Below are positions 49,669 through 60,300 of a stretch of DNA of 64,000 bases, piece by piece. The DNA is from an uncultured Candidatus Peribacteria bacterium (GTDB lineage Bacteria > Patescibacteriota > Gracilibacteria > UBA4473), in the NCBI GenBank assembly GCA_964344775.1, contig CAYFOO010000002.1, positions 15-64,014 of the forward strand. The letters run 5' to 3'. The position numbers and the translations under genes were made by a program. Below the pieces are notes generated by a model. That model saw only the letters and a list, made by a program, of their open reading frames with translations, was not told the origin of the DNA and did not search any database. Numbering within the stretch: the first letter of the stretch is position 1; every line of letters starts with the position of its first letter.

Positions 49669-50118
49669 TCAAATTTTGTTGTTAAATTCTTTTAATGTTT
49701 TACGAGCCTCCTTTTCTGCAGCTCTGTTCTTTAGTACCTGTCGTTTTTCATGTTTTTTCTTTCCTCGGACGAGTGCGATTTCGCATTTTAGAGTCCTGCT
49801 TTTCTGATAAATTTTTAACGGTACGACCGAGAGGCCTTTTTCATTCAGCTTTGATTCGAGACGATGAATCTCTTTTTTTGTGAGGAGAAGTTTTTTTTCT
49901 CGATTTTTTGGTTGTTCGAGGCTGGAATATTTCCACGGAGAAATCTGGAAGTTTTCTAGAAGTACTTCTCCATTTTTTATCTTTACCCAAGCAGCCCTCA
50001 TGTTTGCGGTACGTGCTCGAATTGATTTTGCTTCCCACCCATGCAGGACCATTCCGGCTTCAAATCGTTCCAGAACTTCATATTCATGCAGGGCTCGTCG
50101 ATTCTCTAAAAATACCAT
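49669..50118 (-). CDS. smpB: SsrA-binding protein SmpB
   Basis: ENRRALHEYEVLERFEAGMVLHGWEAKSIR. Internal ATG at 50118 preferred. Confidence 0.85.
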   Translation of the reverse strand: MVFLENRRALHEYEVLERFEAGMVLHGWEAKSIRARTANMRAAWVKIKNGEVLLENFQISPWKYSSLEQPKNREKKLLLTKKEIHRLESKLNEKGLSVVPLKIYQKSRTLKCEIALVRGKKKHEKRQVLKNRAAEKEARKTLKEFNNKI

Positions 50119-50195
50119 TAATTTGATTATCAACAAAAAAACCAAAATTAAAAATGCAAAACACAAAGTTTTAGAAAATTCTGAAAACTAATGGT

Positions 50196-50597
50196 TTATC
50201 GTTTTGACCACTGTGGTGCACGACGAGCTCTTTTGAGTCCTGGTTTTTTTCGTTCTTTTTCACGAGCGTCTCGAGTAAGCAATCCTTCAGATTTCAACTG
50301 AGGACGAGTTTCCATATCTTTTTTGACCAAAGCTCGGGAAATTCCAAGTCGAATGGCCTCTGCTTGTGCCTTTTGTCCTCCACCAGAGGTTCGTATTTTT
50401 AGATCAATGTCTTTTCTCAGGCCCAAAAGATCAATCGGCTGCATAATTTTGAAAATCATTTCATCATCATTTGCCCAATTTCTTAAAGATTTTTCATTAA
50501 CGGAAATGTCTCCTTTTCCATCCAGGTACAGACGGACGGTTGCCCGAGAAGTTTTTCTTTTTCCGTTTGCATAAAAGTATGATCTGTTATCAGTCAT
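50196..50597 (-). CDS. rpsI: 30S ribosomal protein S9
   Basis: GGGQKAQAEAIRLGISRAL...DAREKERKKPGLKRARRAPQWSKR. Confidence 0.9.
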   Translation of the reverse strand: MTDNRSYFYANGKRKTSRATVRLYLDGKGDISVNEKSLRNWANDDEMIFKIMQPIDLLGLRKDIDLKIRTSGGGQKAQAEAIRLGISRALVKKDMETRPQLKSEGLLTRDAREKERKKPGLKRARRAPQWSKR

Positions 50598-50602
50598 TTT
50601 GA

Positions 50603-51037
50603 TTAAATATTTAATGTTTCAGGTTTTTGAGCTGTATAAGGATGCTCACTCCCTACCATCAAGAAAAGTCTTCTGAGTTGGTTTTTTCGATGTTTGGTTT
50701 TTGGAAGCATCCCAGCTATGGCTTCTTTTAAGATCCGTGTTGGATCTTTTTCTCGTACGGTTTTCAGGCTTTCTGTTTTTAGATGTCCGAGATAACCAGA
50801 ATGCCTATAATATTCTTTTTGTTCCTCTTTATTTCCACTTACAGCAATTTTTTCCGAATTAAGCACTACAATATAATCCCCTCCATCAACGTGAGGGGTA
50901 AAATCTACTCGATTTTTTCCACGCAATGCTTTTGCCACTGTCACGGAAATTTGCCCCAAAGGCTTATCTTCTGCATCAATGACAAACCATTTTCGGTCTG
51001 CATTTGTTACGTTCTGTCTGAGTGAAGTTTTTTTCAT
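50603..51037 (-). CDS. rplM: 50S ribosomal protein L13
   Basis: RKWFVIDAEDKPLGQISVTVAKALRGKN. Confidence 0.9.
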   Translation of the reverse strand: MKKTSLRQNVTNADRKWFVIDAEDKPLGQISVTVAKALRGKNRVDFTPHVDGGDYIVVLNSEKIAVSGNKEEQKEYYRHSGYLGHLKTESLKTVREKDPTRILKEAIAGMLPKTKHRKNQLRRLFLMVGSEHPYTAQKPETLNI

Positions 51038-51041
51038 CTTT

Positions 51042-51392
51042 TTAAATTAATTCAACCTGGATAAGTAGAGCATTATCGCCATCTCGCAACCCAATTTTTG
51101 CTGAACGAGTAAAACCAGAATCTTTTTTTGTTTGTTTAGTAATATATTCCAGAGCTTTTTTCGAGGATTCTTTTGTAAAAATAACTTTCTTCAATTCTCG
51201 TACAGCATTGGCAGCATCTTTTGATTTTACTTTGGTTATCAATTTATTTGCTTCCGAAGTTAAAACTCGTGCTTTTGGTTCTGTAGTTTTTACTTTTCCA
51301 TAAAGGAAAAGAGAAGTTAATAGATTTCTTACCACAGCTTTTCGATGAGCTGCGGGACGGTTGAGTGAGATTTTTGTATTTCTGTGTCGCAT
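51042..51392 (-). CDS. rplQ: 50S ribosomal protein L17
   Basis: MRHRNTKISLNRPAAHRKAVVRNL..L...G...TT..KA. Confidence 0.85.
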   Translation of the reverse strand: MRHRNTKISLNRPAAHRKAVVRNLLTSLFLYGKVKTTEPKARVLTSEANKLITKVKSKDAANAVRELKKVIFTKESSKKALEYITKQTKKDSGFTRSAKIGLRDGDNALLIQVELI

Positions 51393-51395
51393 TTT

Positions 51396-52397
51396 TTACT
51401 TTTTACCAATACTTGCATGTTGAGGAAGGTCGTATCCTCTTTCTGCGAGAACACGATCTAGTTCTGCTTTTGCTTTTTGACCGAAACCACGAAGCTGAGA
51501 GAGTTGTGACATGGAAGTTTCAAGTAGTTGTTCTACGGAAGTAACTTGACCATTTACCAATGCATTAAGCGTTCTCTGGGAAAGTCCCAAAATATCAATG
51601 GGAGTAAAAGGTTCATCTGAGATAGCAGCAGTTGCCATTTGTGCTTCTGCTTTTTCTTTCACGAGAGCGAAATTTGTAGTGAAATCTTCATCTCGATAAG
51701 CTTCTTCTTCATTAAAGAGAGCAAAATAACTTTCAAGAACTGAAGCACCTAATTTTAAAGCTTTTTCTGGGTCAATAGCTCCATTGGTTTCAATTTCCAT
51801 CTTTAATTGATCCAAATCAATTTGCTCCCCTACACGTGCTGGCCCCACTTCATACTTCACCCGGATGATAGGAGAGAAATTTGCATCAATCAGAATATAT
51901 TCAGGATCTTCTTCGCTCGCGTGGTCTTGATTGGATACAATTCGGAAACCAATATTTTTTTCTATCCGTAATTTCATCTTTCGTTTTGGATCGGCATTGT
52001 CGCAAGTAGCAATAATTTGAGAAGGATCAAGAATTTCAACATCATTGGATACATTGATATCTTTTGCGGTAATTTTCCCTTTCTTTACAAAAGCAATTTC
52101 TGCTTCTTCAACCCCTTTAGAATGTTTTTTTAAACGTAATTTTCGAAGATTCAAAGTAATATCAAGCACAGACTCTTTTACTCCTGGGATAGTGGTATAT
52201 TCGTGAGCAACTCCATCTATTTTTATACCAGAGACAGCAGTTCCTGGCAGACTAGATAACAAAACTCGTCTAAGAGCATTTCCAATAGTCATCCCATATC
52301 CGGAGGGGAGTGGGCTCATTGTCAGAGCAATAACATTCTTTTCCTTTTGTTCGACTTTCAGCTTAGGAATGCCGATGACTTCATGGAGGATGTGCAT
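51396..52397 (-). CDS. rpoA: DNA-directed RNA polymerase subunit alpha
   Basis: GNALRRVLLSSLPG, plus a C-terminal domain (LGLSQRTLNAL). Position between rpsD and rplQ. Confidence 0.9.
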   Translation of the reverse strand: MHILHEVIGIPKLKVEQKEKNVIALTMSPLPSGYGMTIGNALRRVLLSSLPGTAVSGIKIDGVAHEYTTIPGVKESVLDITLNLRKLRLKKHSKGVEEAEIAFVKKGKITAKDINVSNDVEILDPSQIIATCDNADPKRKMKLRIEKNIGFRIVSNQDHASEEDPEYILIDANFSPIIRVKYEVGPARVGEQIDLDQLKMEIETNGAIDPEKALKLGASVLESYFALFNEEEAYRDEDFTTNFALVKEKAEAQMATAAISDEPFTPIDILGLSQRTLNALVNGQVTSVEQLLETSMSQLSQLRGFGQKAKAELDRVLAERGYDLPQHASIGKK

Positions 52398-52430
52398 TTT
52401 AAAAAGGGTTTAAATATAAAAACAGATTTA

Positions 52431-53045
52431 TTATCGAGAATAGAACTCTACGATTAATCGAGGCTCTATAACTCTTTCAAAATCTTCTACAGAAGGAAGG
52501 TCTACAATTTCTATTTCCAACTTTTTATCGTCTGCTTTTAACCATTTCGGAGAAACATAATCTGCCAACTCTTCTTTATTTCTCTTAAAAACCGAAAGAT
52601 CCTTTTTGGAAGGTTTAATTTCTATTTTATCTCCAACTTTTACCTCAGCAGAAGGAATATCAATTCGACGTCCATTCAAAAGAAATAGTCCGTGTGATAC
52701 AAACTGTCGTGCCTGCATTCTGGTGAGAGCAAATCCGGCCCGAAAAAGCACATTATCCAATCGTCTTTCCAAAAAGTGAAGGAGCATGTCCCCCGTTACC
52801 CCTTTTGAACGAGCGGCTTGATCAAAACTTCTTCGAAATTGTTTTTCTGACAATCCAAATATACGTTTTGCTTTCTGTTTCTCTCTTAATTGTTTTCCAT
52901 ATTCCGTTATTTTTGCCATTCGTTTTCCTCCATGCATACCAGGAATATTTTGGTTTCGTTGCAAGAGTTTTTGGTATTTCGGTGACCCGAAGAGGTTGAT
53001 TCCTTCTCTCCTACATAGTCGTGACTTTGGTCCAGTATATCTCAT
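52431..53045 (-). CDS. rpsD: 30S ribosomal protein S4
   Basis: MRYTGPKSRLCRREG..., RLDNVLFRAGFALTRMQARQFVSHG. Confidence 0.9.
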   Translation of the reverse strand: MRYTGPKSRLCRREGINLFGSPKYQKLLQRNQNIPGMHGGKRMAKITEYGKQLREKQKAKRIFGLSEKQFRRSFDQAARSKGVTGDMLLHFLERRLDNVLFRAGFALTRMQARQFVSHGLFLLNGRRIDIPSAEVKVGDKIEIKPSKKDLSVFKRNKEELADYVSPKWLKADDKKLEIEIVDLPSVEDFERVIEPRLIVEFYSR

Positions 53046-53068
53046 AATTTAGTTGTTAGTTTTTAAAA

Positions 53069-53190
53069 GGTTGTAGGTGGCCCGACCTTCGTCCCGAGGA
53101 CTCGGGACTTCGGTGGGGGGACGAGGTGGTAAGTTGTAAGGAATTTTTAATTTTTAGTTACAAATTTCGGCCGACACGTAGAACTTAGAA
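53069..53190. repeat. family A element interrupted by a 44-nt nested insertion
   Basis: ggttgtaggtgg [cccgaccttcgtcccgaggactcgggacttcggtggggggacga] ggtggtaagttgtaagg..aatttttagttacaaatttcggccgacacgtagaacttaga. Confidence 0.7.
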
Positions 53191-53195
53191 AATAT

Positions 53196-53573
53196 TTAAA
53201 CTTTACGAACTTTTTTTGGTCGGCAGCCCCCATGAGGGACTCGTGTTTTATCTACGATAGAGCTTATTTCCAATCCACCGTTTGTAAGTCCTCGAATGGT
53301 TTGATCTCTTCCGGGTCCCATACCTTTTACGTAGATATCTACTGATTTTATACCGAAGCTCGCTGCTTTTTCTGCTACGGACTCTGCGGATATTTGTCCA
53401 GCGTAGGGAGTTGATTGTCGAGCTCCTTTGAACCGATTTGCTCCTGGAGAACTCCAGCCCAATACATTTCCTTCGGGATCAGTGAGCGTTACAATAGTAT
53501 TATTGTAGTTTGCCCGGATATAAACTCGTCCAGTTTCAAATGATTTTCGTACTCGTTTTTTTGCTACAGCCAT
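53196..53573 (-). CDS. rpsK: 30S ribosomal protein S11
   Basis: GRVYIRANYNNTIVTLTDPEGNVL.WSS.G...FKGARQSTPYA. Confidence 0.9.
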   Translation of the reverse strand: MAVAKKRVRKSFETGRVYIRANYNNTIVTLTDPEGNVLGWSSPGANRFKGARQSTPYAGQISAESVAEKAASFGIKSVDIYVKGMGPGRDQTIRGLTNGGLEISSIVDKTRVPHGGCRPKKVRKV

Positions 53574-53578
53574 ATTAA

Positions 53579-53950
53579 TTATTTAGTGACTTGCTTTTTA
53601 TTAGCAACAGTAGATCTTTTTCCTCGTTTTGTTCGAGCATTGGTCTTGGTATTTTGTCCACGGGTTGGTAATTTTCGACGATGACGAAAGCCACGATAAG
53701 AACCAATTTCTTGCAAACGACGAATGTTTTGAGTTGTTTCTCGACGAAGATCTGATTCCAACATAAAACCTTCTGTCGCTGCCCTCAGAGCATCTTCTTG
53801 GTCTGAAGTGAGATCTTTTGTTCTGATGTTTTCTTTGATTTTTGCTTTTTTGCAGATTTCTTCCGCTTTTTTCGGTCCCACTCCATATACGTATTGGAGA
53901 GAGATGATAATTCTCTTTTCTGCAGGGATGTTTACACCAGCGATTCTCAT
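53579..53950 (-). CDS. rpsM: 30S ribosomal protein S13
   Basis: [25 protein letters not shown]...[23 protein letters not shown]. Confidence 0.9.
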   Translation of the reverse strand: MRIAGVNIPAEKRIIISLQYVYGVGPKKAEEICKKAKIKENIRTKDLTSDQEDALRAATEGFMLESDLRRETTQNIRRLQEIGSYRGFRHRRKLPTRGQNTKTNARTKRGKRSTVANKKQVTK

Positions 53951-53975
53951 AGATTTTAATTATTAGCTTTTAAAG

Positions 53976-54047
53976 GGTTGTAAGTGGGAGGTGGTAGGTT
54001 GTAGGGAATAAATTTACTTACAACCTACAACTTATAACCTTTAACCT
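53976..54047. repeat. family A hairpin
   Basis: ggttgtaagtgggaggtggtaggttgtaggg-aataaattta-cttacaacctacaacttataacc. Confidence 0.7.
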
Positions 54048-54049
54048 TT

Positions 54050-54175
54050 TCATCCTTGTCGTTGTTTATGTTTTCCTCTTGTAGATGGGGCACCACAGAC
54101 CACTCGCACAGATCCTTTTCTTCGGATAACTCTGCAACTTTTACACATTGGTTTCACTGAGGCTCGTACTTTCAT
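54050..54175 (-). CDS. rpmJ: 50S ribosomal protein L36
   Basis: rc reads [41 protein letters not shown]. Not in the ORF track (under 60 aa). The ATG overlaps the infA stop (TAATG). Confidence 0.9.
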   Translation of the reverse strand: MKVRASVKPMCKSCRVIRRKGSVRVVCGAPSTRGKHKQRQG

Positions 54176-54405
54176 TATTTGAAGCGGTAAGTGATTCGTC
54201 CTTCTTCCAGATTGTAAGGCGAAAGAATTAGACGAACATGGTCTCCTGGGACAATTTTTATGAAATGGACACGCATTTTGCCAGAAACTCTGGCTTTTAC
54301 CTGATGGGATTCAAATCCTTCTGTGGTCAGTTCAACGAGAAACCGAGAGCCCGGAAGCAACTCTAAGACCACTCCTTCGACTTCAAAATCTTCATCATTT
54401 GCCAT
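54175..54405 (-). CDS. infA: translation initiation factor IF-1
   Basis: [32 protein letters not shown]...I.I.PGD.V. Confidence 0.9.
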   Translation of the reverse strand: MANDEDFEVEGVVLELLPGSRFLVELTTEGFESHQVKARVSGKMRVHFIKIVPGDHVRLILSPYNLEEGRITYRFK

Positions 54406-54429
54406 GAAATTGCTCAGAAAAGCCGACGG

Positions 54430-54457
54430 ATTATAGAAAACAGCCTCTTCTTGTCAA
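54430..54457 (-). promoter_or_regulatory. promoter TTGACA-16-TATAAT for the infA-rpmJ-rps operon
   Basis: rc reads ttgacaagaagaggctgttttctataat. The -10 element ends about 24 nt upstream of the infA ATG. Confidence 0.75.
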
Positions 54458-54595
54458 ATTTTTTATAAAAATAGTGAAAAAGCTTTATTTCCCCGCATAA
54501 AAACAAGAAATGGTATTGAAATTTTACCTGAAAAAAATATATTCTTTTTACTTAAAAATCTTTAAAAAACAAAAAACTAAGAAGTATGATCATGA

Positions 54596-54757
54596 TTAGC
54601 TCTGGATATATGAAAAAACTAAAAAGAAAGATCTTCGCCAATAAAGGCGATTTTCCCGAGGTTTCGTTCGCTAACACTCACTTCAACCTCGTGAATCGCC
54701 AAAAAGTTTTCCCATGTTTTTATTTTTTAGTATGTTTTATAGGAGTTTTTTATTTTT
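54596..54757. repeat. intergenic repeat family B, copy 1
   Basis: ttagctctgg...gaaagatcttcgccaataaaggcgattttcccgagg...cctcgtgaatcgccaaaaa...ggagttttttattttt. Homologous to 61915..62094. Confidence 0.7.
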
Positions 54758-54778
54758 AATAATTAAATATTTTGAGCT

Positions 54779-56218
54779 ATGAAGATCAGCATTAGCCCCA
54801 AAATTACCAAGACGGATGCCATTTTTATCCTACTTCCAGAGAAAAATTGGCAAAAACAATTTGAAAGCAATTTAGAAAAAAATTTAGCTACCCAAATTGC
54901 TTTGCATTTCAAAAACAAAAATTTTAAAGGAAAATTGGGAGAGATTCTTCAGATTTTCCCTTCTTACAAATTAGCCAAAAAGATATTTTTGGTTGGAGCT
55001 GGGGAATTAAAAGAAAAAATTGATATTCGAAAAACTGCTAGTTTGGCCATCCGTGAAGCAAAAAAGATTAAAACAGGAAATGTGGCTCTTTTGTGTCCAA
55101 AAGATTTTGACGTTGAGCGGGTTGTTTCTGGGATTTTGCTTGGGGATTATGAATTCAAAATTGGAGATCGGAGTGAGCAGTTTACTCCCAAGTCAGCAAC
55201 AATTATTTCGTCACAAAAAATATCTAAAAAAGAGTTAGATTCTGAAATCGCCCTTTCTGAGGCTACTAACTTTGTTCGAGAATTAACCAACTTGCCGCCA
55301 AATATGATGACTCCAAAGATTTTGGCCACCTCTGCCAAAAAGGAAATAAAAACCAGTCCAAAAATGAAGGTTAAAGTTATGGGCGAGAAAGAAATCCAAA
55401 AGCTCAAAATGGGCAACCTTTTCGGTGTAGGACAGGGATCACACGAGGAATCACAATTAATTGTTTTTGAGTATTCCGGAGGGAAAAAGGGAGAAAAACC
55501 TTTGGCGATTGTGGGGAAAGGGGTTTGTTTTGATGCAGGAGGATATAATCTGAAGCCTACCAATCATATCGAGGATATGAAATGTGATATGGCTGGGGCG
55601 GCAACAGTGCTTGGAATTTTTAAATGGATTTCTGAGGTACAGCCAAAGAAAAACATAGTAGGAGTGGTGGGAGCAGTAGAAAATCTTGTTTCTGGAAATG
55701 CTTTCAAGCCAGGAGATATCCTTACTTCTATGAATGGCAAGACGATGGAAATCACAAATACTGATGCGGAAGGGCGGTTAGTTTTAGCCGACTGTTTGTA
55801 CTACGCGGCAACCAAGCTGAAACCAGCTCAAATGATTGATCTAGCCACTTTGACGGGGGCTTGTATTGCGGCACTGGGACATGAGATTACCGCCATCATG
55901 GGAAATAATAAAAAACTCCTTGATTCGATCGAAAAAGCAGCCAAAGGAGCCGATGAGCCGGTGTGGGAGTTGCCGATCACGGATCATTTCCGAGAAAAGG
56001 TAAAAGGTGATATTTCGGATCTCAAAAACTGGACAGCGGGAGTTTCTGCAGGTTCTTCCATGGGAGGAGCTTTTCTCGAATATTTTGTCGAAAAAATTCC
56101 GTGGGCCCATCTGGATATTGCCGGGACAGCTTTTCATGGGAAAGCTGGAGATGAACTTAGCCCCAAGGGGGGGACAGGAGTGATGATACGGACTTTGGCG
56201 GGGATGATTGGGAAATAA
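54779..56218 (+). CDS. pepA: leucyl aminopeptidase (M17)
   Basis: VGKGVCFDAGGYNLKP, NTDAEGRLVLAD. Confidence 0.9.
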   Translation: MKISISPKITKTDAIFILLPEKNWQKQFESNLEKNLATQIALHFKNKNFKGKLGEILQIFPSYKLAKKIFLVGAGELKEKIDIRKTASLAIREAKKIKTGNVALLCPKDFDVERVVSGILLGDYEFKIGDRSEQFTPKSATIISSQKISKKELDSEIALSEATNFVRELTNLPPNMMTPKILATSAKKEIKTSPKMKVKVMGEKEIQKLKMGNLFGVGQGSHEESQLIVFEYSGGKKGEKPLAIVGKGVCFDAGGYNLKPTNHIEDMKCDMAGAATVLGIFKWISEVQPKKNIVGVVGAVENLVSGNAFKPGDILTSMNGKTMEITNTDAEGRLVLADCLYYAATKLKPAQMIDLATLTGACIAALGHEITAIMGNNKKLLDSIEKAAKGADEPVWELPITDHFREKVKGDISDLKNWTAGVSAGSSMGGAFLEYFVEKIPWAHLDIAGTAFHGKAGDELSPKGGTGVMIRTLAGMIGK

Positions 56219-56271
56219 GAAATCCTTCTTACGAAGGACTTCATTATTTTTAAGGAGTATTTCCAAGGTTT

Positions 56272-56505
56272 TTATTTTTCGTACCGTACAGCAGGGAGCA
56301 ATCCCATAACTCGGGCCTTTTTGATCGCAGATGCGAGTTGTTTTTGCATTTTTAGCGACACTCCAGTGTGGTATCGACTTTGGATAGATCGATAATAGGT
56401 GATGTAGTTTGAGAGCAATCGTGGATCTTTATAATCAATGTATTTGATCCCTGATTGAGCAAACGGACAGATATATTTTTTGGGTCGTGGAGGCATGGCA
56501 ATCAA
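56272..56505 (-). CDS. rpsR: 30S ribosomal protein S18
   Basis: IDYKDPRLLSNYIT....I..R..TG.S.K.Q..L..AIK.AR.MGLLP. Confidence 0.85.
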   Translation of the reverse strand: MIAMPPRPKKYICPFAQSGIKYIDYKDPRLLSNYITYYRSIQSRYHTGVSLKMQKQLASAIKKARVMGLLPAVRYEK

Positions 56506-56533
56506 TTAAAAATTAAAAATGCAAAATTTAAAA

Positions 56534-57115
56534 TTAGAGGTCGAGGGAAGAATCGTTGATGATGTCGTCGAGTTTTTTGTCTACGTCATCTTTTTTAGCT
56601 ACTGCTTCCTTTTCTTTCGACTCTTCTTTTTTGGCTACAGCTTTTGGTGCTGGTGTTTCCTTTTTTTCAGAAGCTTTTGTCTCAGTTTTTTCTTCGGTAA
56701 CAGTACTTAGTTTTTTTCGAGATGGAGCTTCTTTTTTCTCTTCTTTGATTTCCTCTTTCTTAGCCTTTTCATCATTCGCTTTGTAGGTAGCTTCTAATTC
56801 ACTATATTTTTTTGGTGCTGGTGCTTTGGGATCGACCAATGAAATTAAAAATCGAAGAATTTTATTATCTAGGTTCCAGTCACTTTTGAGTTCGGTGATT
56901 TTATCCGCTTCTGCTTCAAACTGAGCTACAAAATAGTATCCCCATTTTTGTTTCTTGATAACATAAGCAAAACCACGAGCCCCCCAAAAATCTTCGAAGG
57001 TGATATTCCCTCCGGCAGATTTAATCTTTTTCTTGATAGATGTGTCGATTTGTTTTTCCACTTCAGCCTCTTTCAACTCGTTTGTGAAGATGGCCATTAC
57101 TTCGTATTTCTTCAT
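56534..57115 (-). CDS. rpsF: 30S ribosomal protein S6 with K/E-rich C-terminal extension
   Basis: MKKYEVMAIF...FEDFWGARGFAYVIKKQKWGYYFVAQFEAE, followed by an approximately 90-aa charged tail. Confidence 0.85.
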   Translation of the reverse strand: MKKYEVMAIFTNELKEAEVEKQIDTSIKKKIKSAGGNITFEDFWGARGFAYVIKKQKWGYYFVAQFEAEADKITELKSDWNLDNKILRFLISLVDPKAPAPKKYSELEATYKANDEKAKKEEIKEEKKEAPSRKKLSTVTEEKTETKASEKKETPAPKAVAKKEESKEKEAVAKKDDVDKKLDDIINDSSLDL

Positions 57116-57129
57116 GTAGGGGCGGAAAA

Positions 57130-57159
57130 ATTTAAAAATTTATAAATAAATGCTGTCAA
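57130..57159 (-). promoter_or_regulatory. candidate promoter TTGACA-18-TTAAAT upstream of rpsF
   Basis: rc reads ttgacagcatttatttataaattttTTAAAT. Would leave a very short leader. Confidence 0.35.
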
Positions 57160-57386
57160 AAGCCTTGGGACTGTAATAAAAAAAATGGGTTTGGCAAGTT
57201 TTTTTCAGGAATTCAAATTTTCTTTGAAAAATTTTGTAATTTTTAATTTCTAATTTTGTAAATAATTTTTTAAATTTTAATTTTTAAACAGTTTAAAAAT
57301 TCTGTTTATTTAGAATTTAAAAATTGGTGCTTATTTAAAAATTCAAAAATTATAAAATTAAAAATTTAGAAATTTATGAGAAATTT

Positions 57387-60300
57387 TTATACTTTTTTTA
57401 ATAAAACCACTTCTTTCAGCAGATCTTCATACCAACTGACCGGAAGTTTTTCTACTGCTAGTTTTATCGCTGTGGCGGTGATGGTCCATTTTTTTGTAGA
57501 ATTTTTTATCAGTCCAAAAACCTGATCCGGTTTAAAATTGATCCCCATGCGGAGTACGATTTCATGACTTTTGTGTGAGGTTTTGTGAATTCGAACCCCC
57601 GAAATATTGGCTTCTCGCAGCAGCATTTTTAGTTTGATCACCTTACAGAGATTTTCAACTTCCACCGGGAGATGTCCGTAGTCTTCGAGTAGATCGTGCC
57701 GGATTTCTTCCAGATGTTTGGGATTTTCGGCCGAGGCAAGTTCTTTGTACACCTGGATTTTTTCGTTCGCATTGGGAATGAAGCTTGGAGGGATGTAGGC
57801 CGAGAGAGGAATTTCTACGGTAATAGTCTCTTCTTCTTCAATTTCTGAGGAGATTTCTCCAGACTTCATTTCTTCCACCGTTTTATTGAGCATTCGCATG
57901 AAGTGAGAGACCCCCACATTTTTCATCGCTCCAGACTGTGAAGCACCCAAGATTTCTCCGGCTCCTCGGATTTCCAGATCCCGCATGGCGATTTGAAAAC
58001 CGGATCCCAGCTCAGAAGCTTCTACGATGGCACGAAGCCTTTTTTTGGCTTCTAGTTCCAACTTTTGTCCATGGTACAAAAAGAAAGCGTATGCTTGGGT
58101 TCGACTTCGCCCAACTCGTCCTCGCAATTGATAGAGTTGAGAAAGTCCAAATTTTTCTGCTCGATTTACGAGCAGCGTGTTTGCATTTGGTAAGTCGATT
58201 CCATTTTCAATTATGGTGGAAGCGACGAGTACATCAGCTTCTTTGTTTTTAAATTTTTTGATCCTTTCTTCTAGATCTGAGGTAGAGAGTTGCCCGTGGG
58301 CTACGATAAATTTAACTTCTGGAATCAATTTTCTAAACTGTTCGGTCTGAGCTTCAATTGTCTGTACTTGATTGTGCAAAAAGTACACTTGTCCACCTCG
58401 TTTAACTTCCAATAAAATCCGTTCTCGGATGAGATTGAGATTATATTTTCGCACTTCTGTGACAACGGGAAGCCGACCAGGAGGGGGAGTAGCAATCGTA
58501 GAAATATCTTTCAGTCGATTCAGGCTCATGTTGAGCGTCCTCGGGATGGGAGTAGCTGTCATTGTGAGGATGTTGGCCGCGGTTCGGAGTTTTTTTAATT
58601 TTTCTTTTTGTTGTACCCCAAATCTCTGCTCTTCATCAATAACGATCAGGTTGAGATTTTTAAACTTTACATCTTCTGAAAGCAACCGATGGGTTCCGAT
58701 GACTACATCAACCAATCCTAGCTCTATGTCTTTCAGAATCTTTTTTTGTTCTCCTGGGGATTGAAATCTGGAAAGTAATCGCACTTCTATCCCATATTTT
58801 TTATCTTTTATTCGTTTCAAAAAACTCTGATAGTGTTGCTCTGCCAGGATCGTGATGGGAGCCAAAATAGCACTTTGTACACCTGATCGAAAAGATTTGA
58901 ACGCGGCTCGCATGGCGATTTCTGTTTTTCCAAATCCTACGTCTCCACAGACCATTCGATCCATTGGCCGATCTCGTTCAAGATCTTGTCGAACTTCTTC
59001 CCAGGCCTGTGCTTGTCCAGGGGTTAATTCATAGGGGAAGCTTGCACAAAATTCTTCCAGCATTTCATCATCTGGTTGAAACTTTTTTCCTTTTACTAAT
59101 TCCCGACTGGCATAGAGTTTGAGTAATTCTTTTGCGATTCGTTCTGCTTCTTTTTTTAATTTACTCTGGGATTGTTTCCAATCGGCGGCTCCTAATTTGG
59201 TCGGACTTGGCTCTTCTTCTCCAATAAATTTTGTAATTTTTTCTGCGGATTCTACCGGGACAAAAAGTTTATCATTTCCGGCGTAACAAAGTTTTAGATA
59301 TTCTCGAGTTCCGAAGTGCTCACCGAGATCCCGTCGGACGATCCCTTCAAATTTTGCCACCCCATGATCCAGATGAATTACAAAGTCTCCAGATTTTAAA
59401 CTCGTCATCAGGTCGAGATTGATCCCAGATACCGCTTTTTTTTGTCGTGATGTTCGAGCAAATTGAAAAATCTCCCGATCGGTCAAAAAGAGGAGTTTTT
59501 TATCATTGTTTTGAAAAGAATGCGGAACAAAATCTTCTTTATTCAACTTAATAATTTGTACGGTTGAAGGATTTTCTTCTTCCGGATTTTCCGTAAACAT
59601 AATCTCGTTTTCCTTGAAGATTGAAATTATTTCATCGAATTTTTTTGTAGCCACGACCACTTTGAATTCTCGTCGGAAACGCTCTTTTATTTCCATTGTA
59701 AAATCTGGAATGGTATAAAAGGGGAGGACCGAAAAGAAATTTAGATGAAAAAAGGTTTCACTTTCTTTTGGGAAGGTGGTGAATTTGAGCTTAAAAAAGT
59801 TCCCATTTGGACAAATGTCCTCATCCAAATCATCAGAAATAAAAAGAGATTTTTCTGATCCAGAAATAAGATCCAAAAAATTTCCAGAAACATTTTCAAA
59901 TTGTGCCGGGAATACTTCCAGTGTTTTCAATTTCTTTTTTTCTACTTTTTCTTCTGTGTTTTGAGTAAAGGGCTCAATACTTTCTATTTCATCTCCGAAG
60001 AGAGAAATTCTCACACAGTGATTTTCATTGAGTGGAAAAATAAAAAGATTTTCTCCTTTTCTCAAAAATTCTCCTGGCTGCAAAACTTCATCTTCAGCCG
60101 AAACATAACCAATAGATTCTAATTTTCCAAAAAATTCGAACATTTTTATCGAGTCTTTTGGGGCGAGTTTTATTTTTTCTGCTTCGATTTCTGCGGGACT
60201 GGGGATAGCTTGAGACAAAACATGAGCCAGGTCTTCAAACAAAAATAGATTTTGTTCTTCTGATTTTATATTTTCGGCAAGCTGATAAAAATCTCGAAAA

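Noticed and set aside
56519-57145. Plus-strand ORFs opposite rpsF (56519..56710, 56556..56786, 56948..57145)
   Set aside because: They are shadow ORFs of the K/E-rich S6 extension, with F/S-rich low-complexity translations.
57150-57386. A 240-bp extremely A/T-rich tract (aaatttt/aatttaaaa words) as a possible replication origin near dnaN
   Set aside because: No DnaA-box-like 9-mers (TTATCCACA or variants) were seen, and dnaA itself is not adjacent to dnaN here. The tract more likely holds the rpsF promoter/UP region and the mfd terminator.
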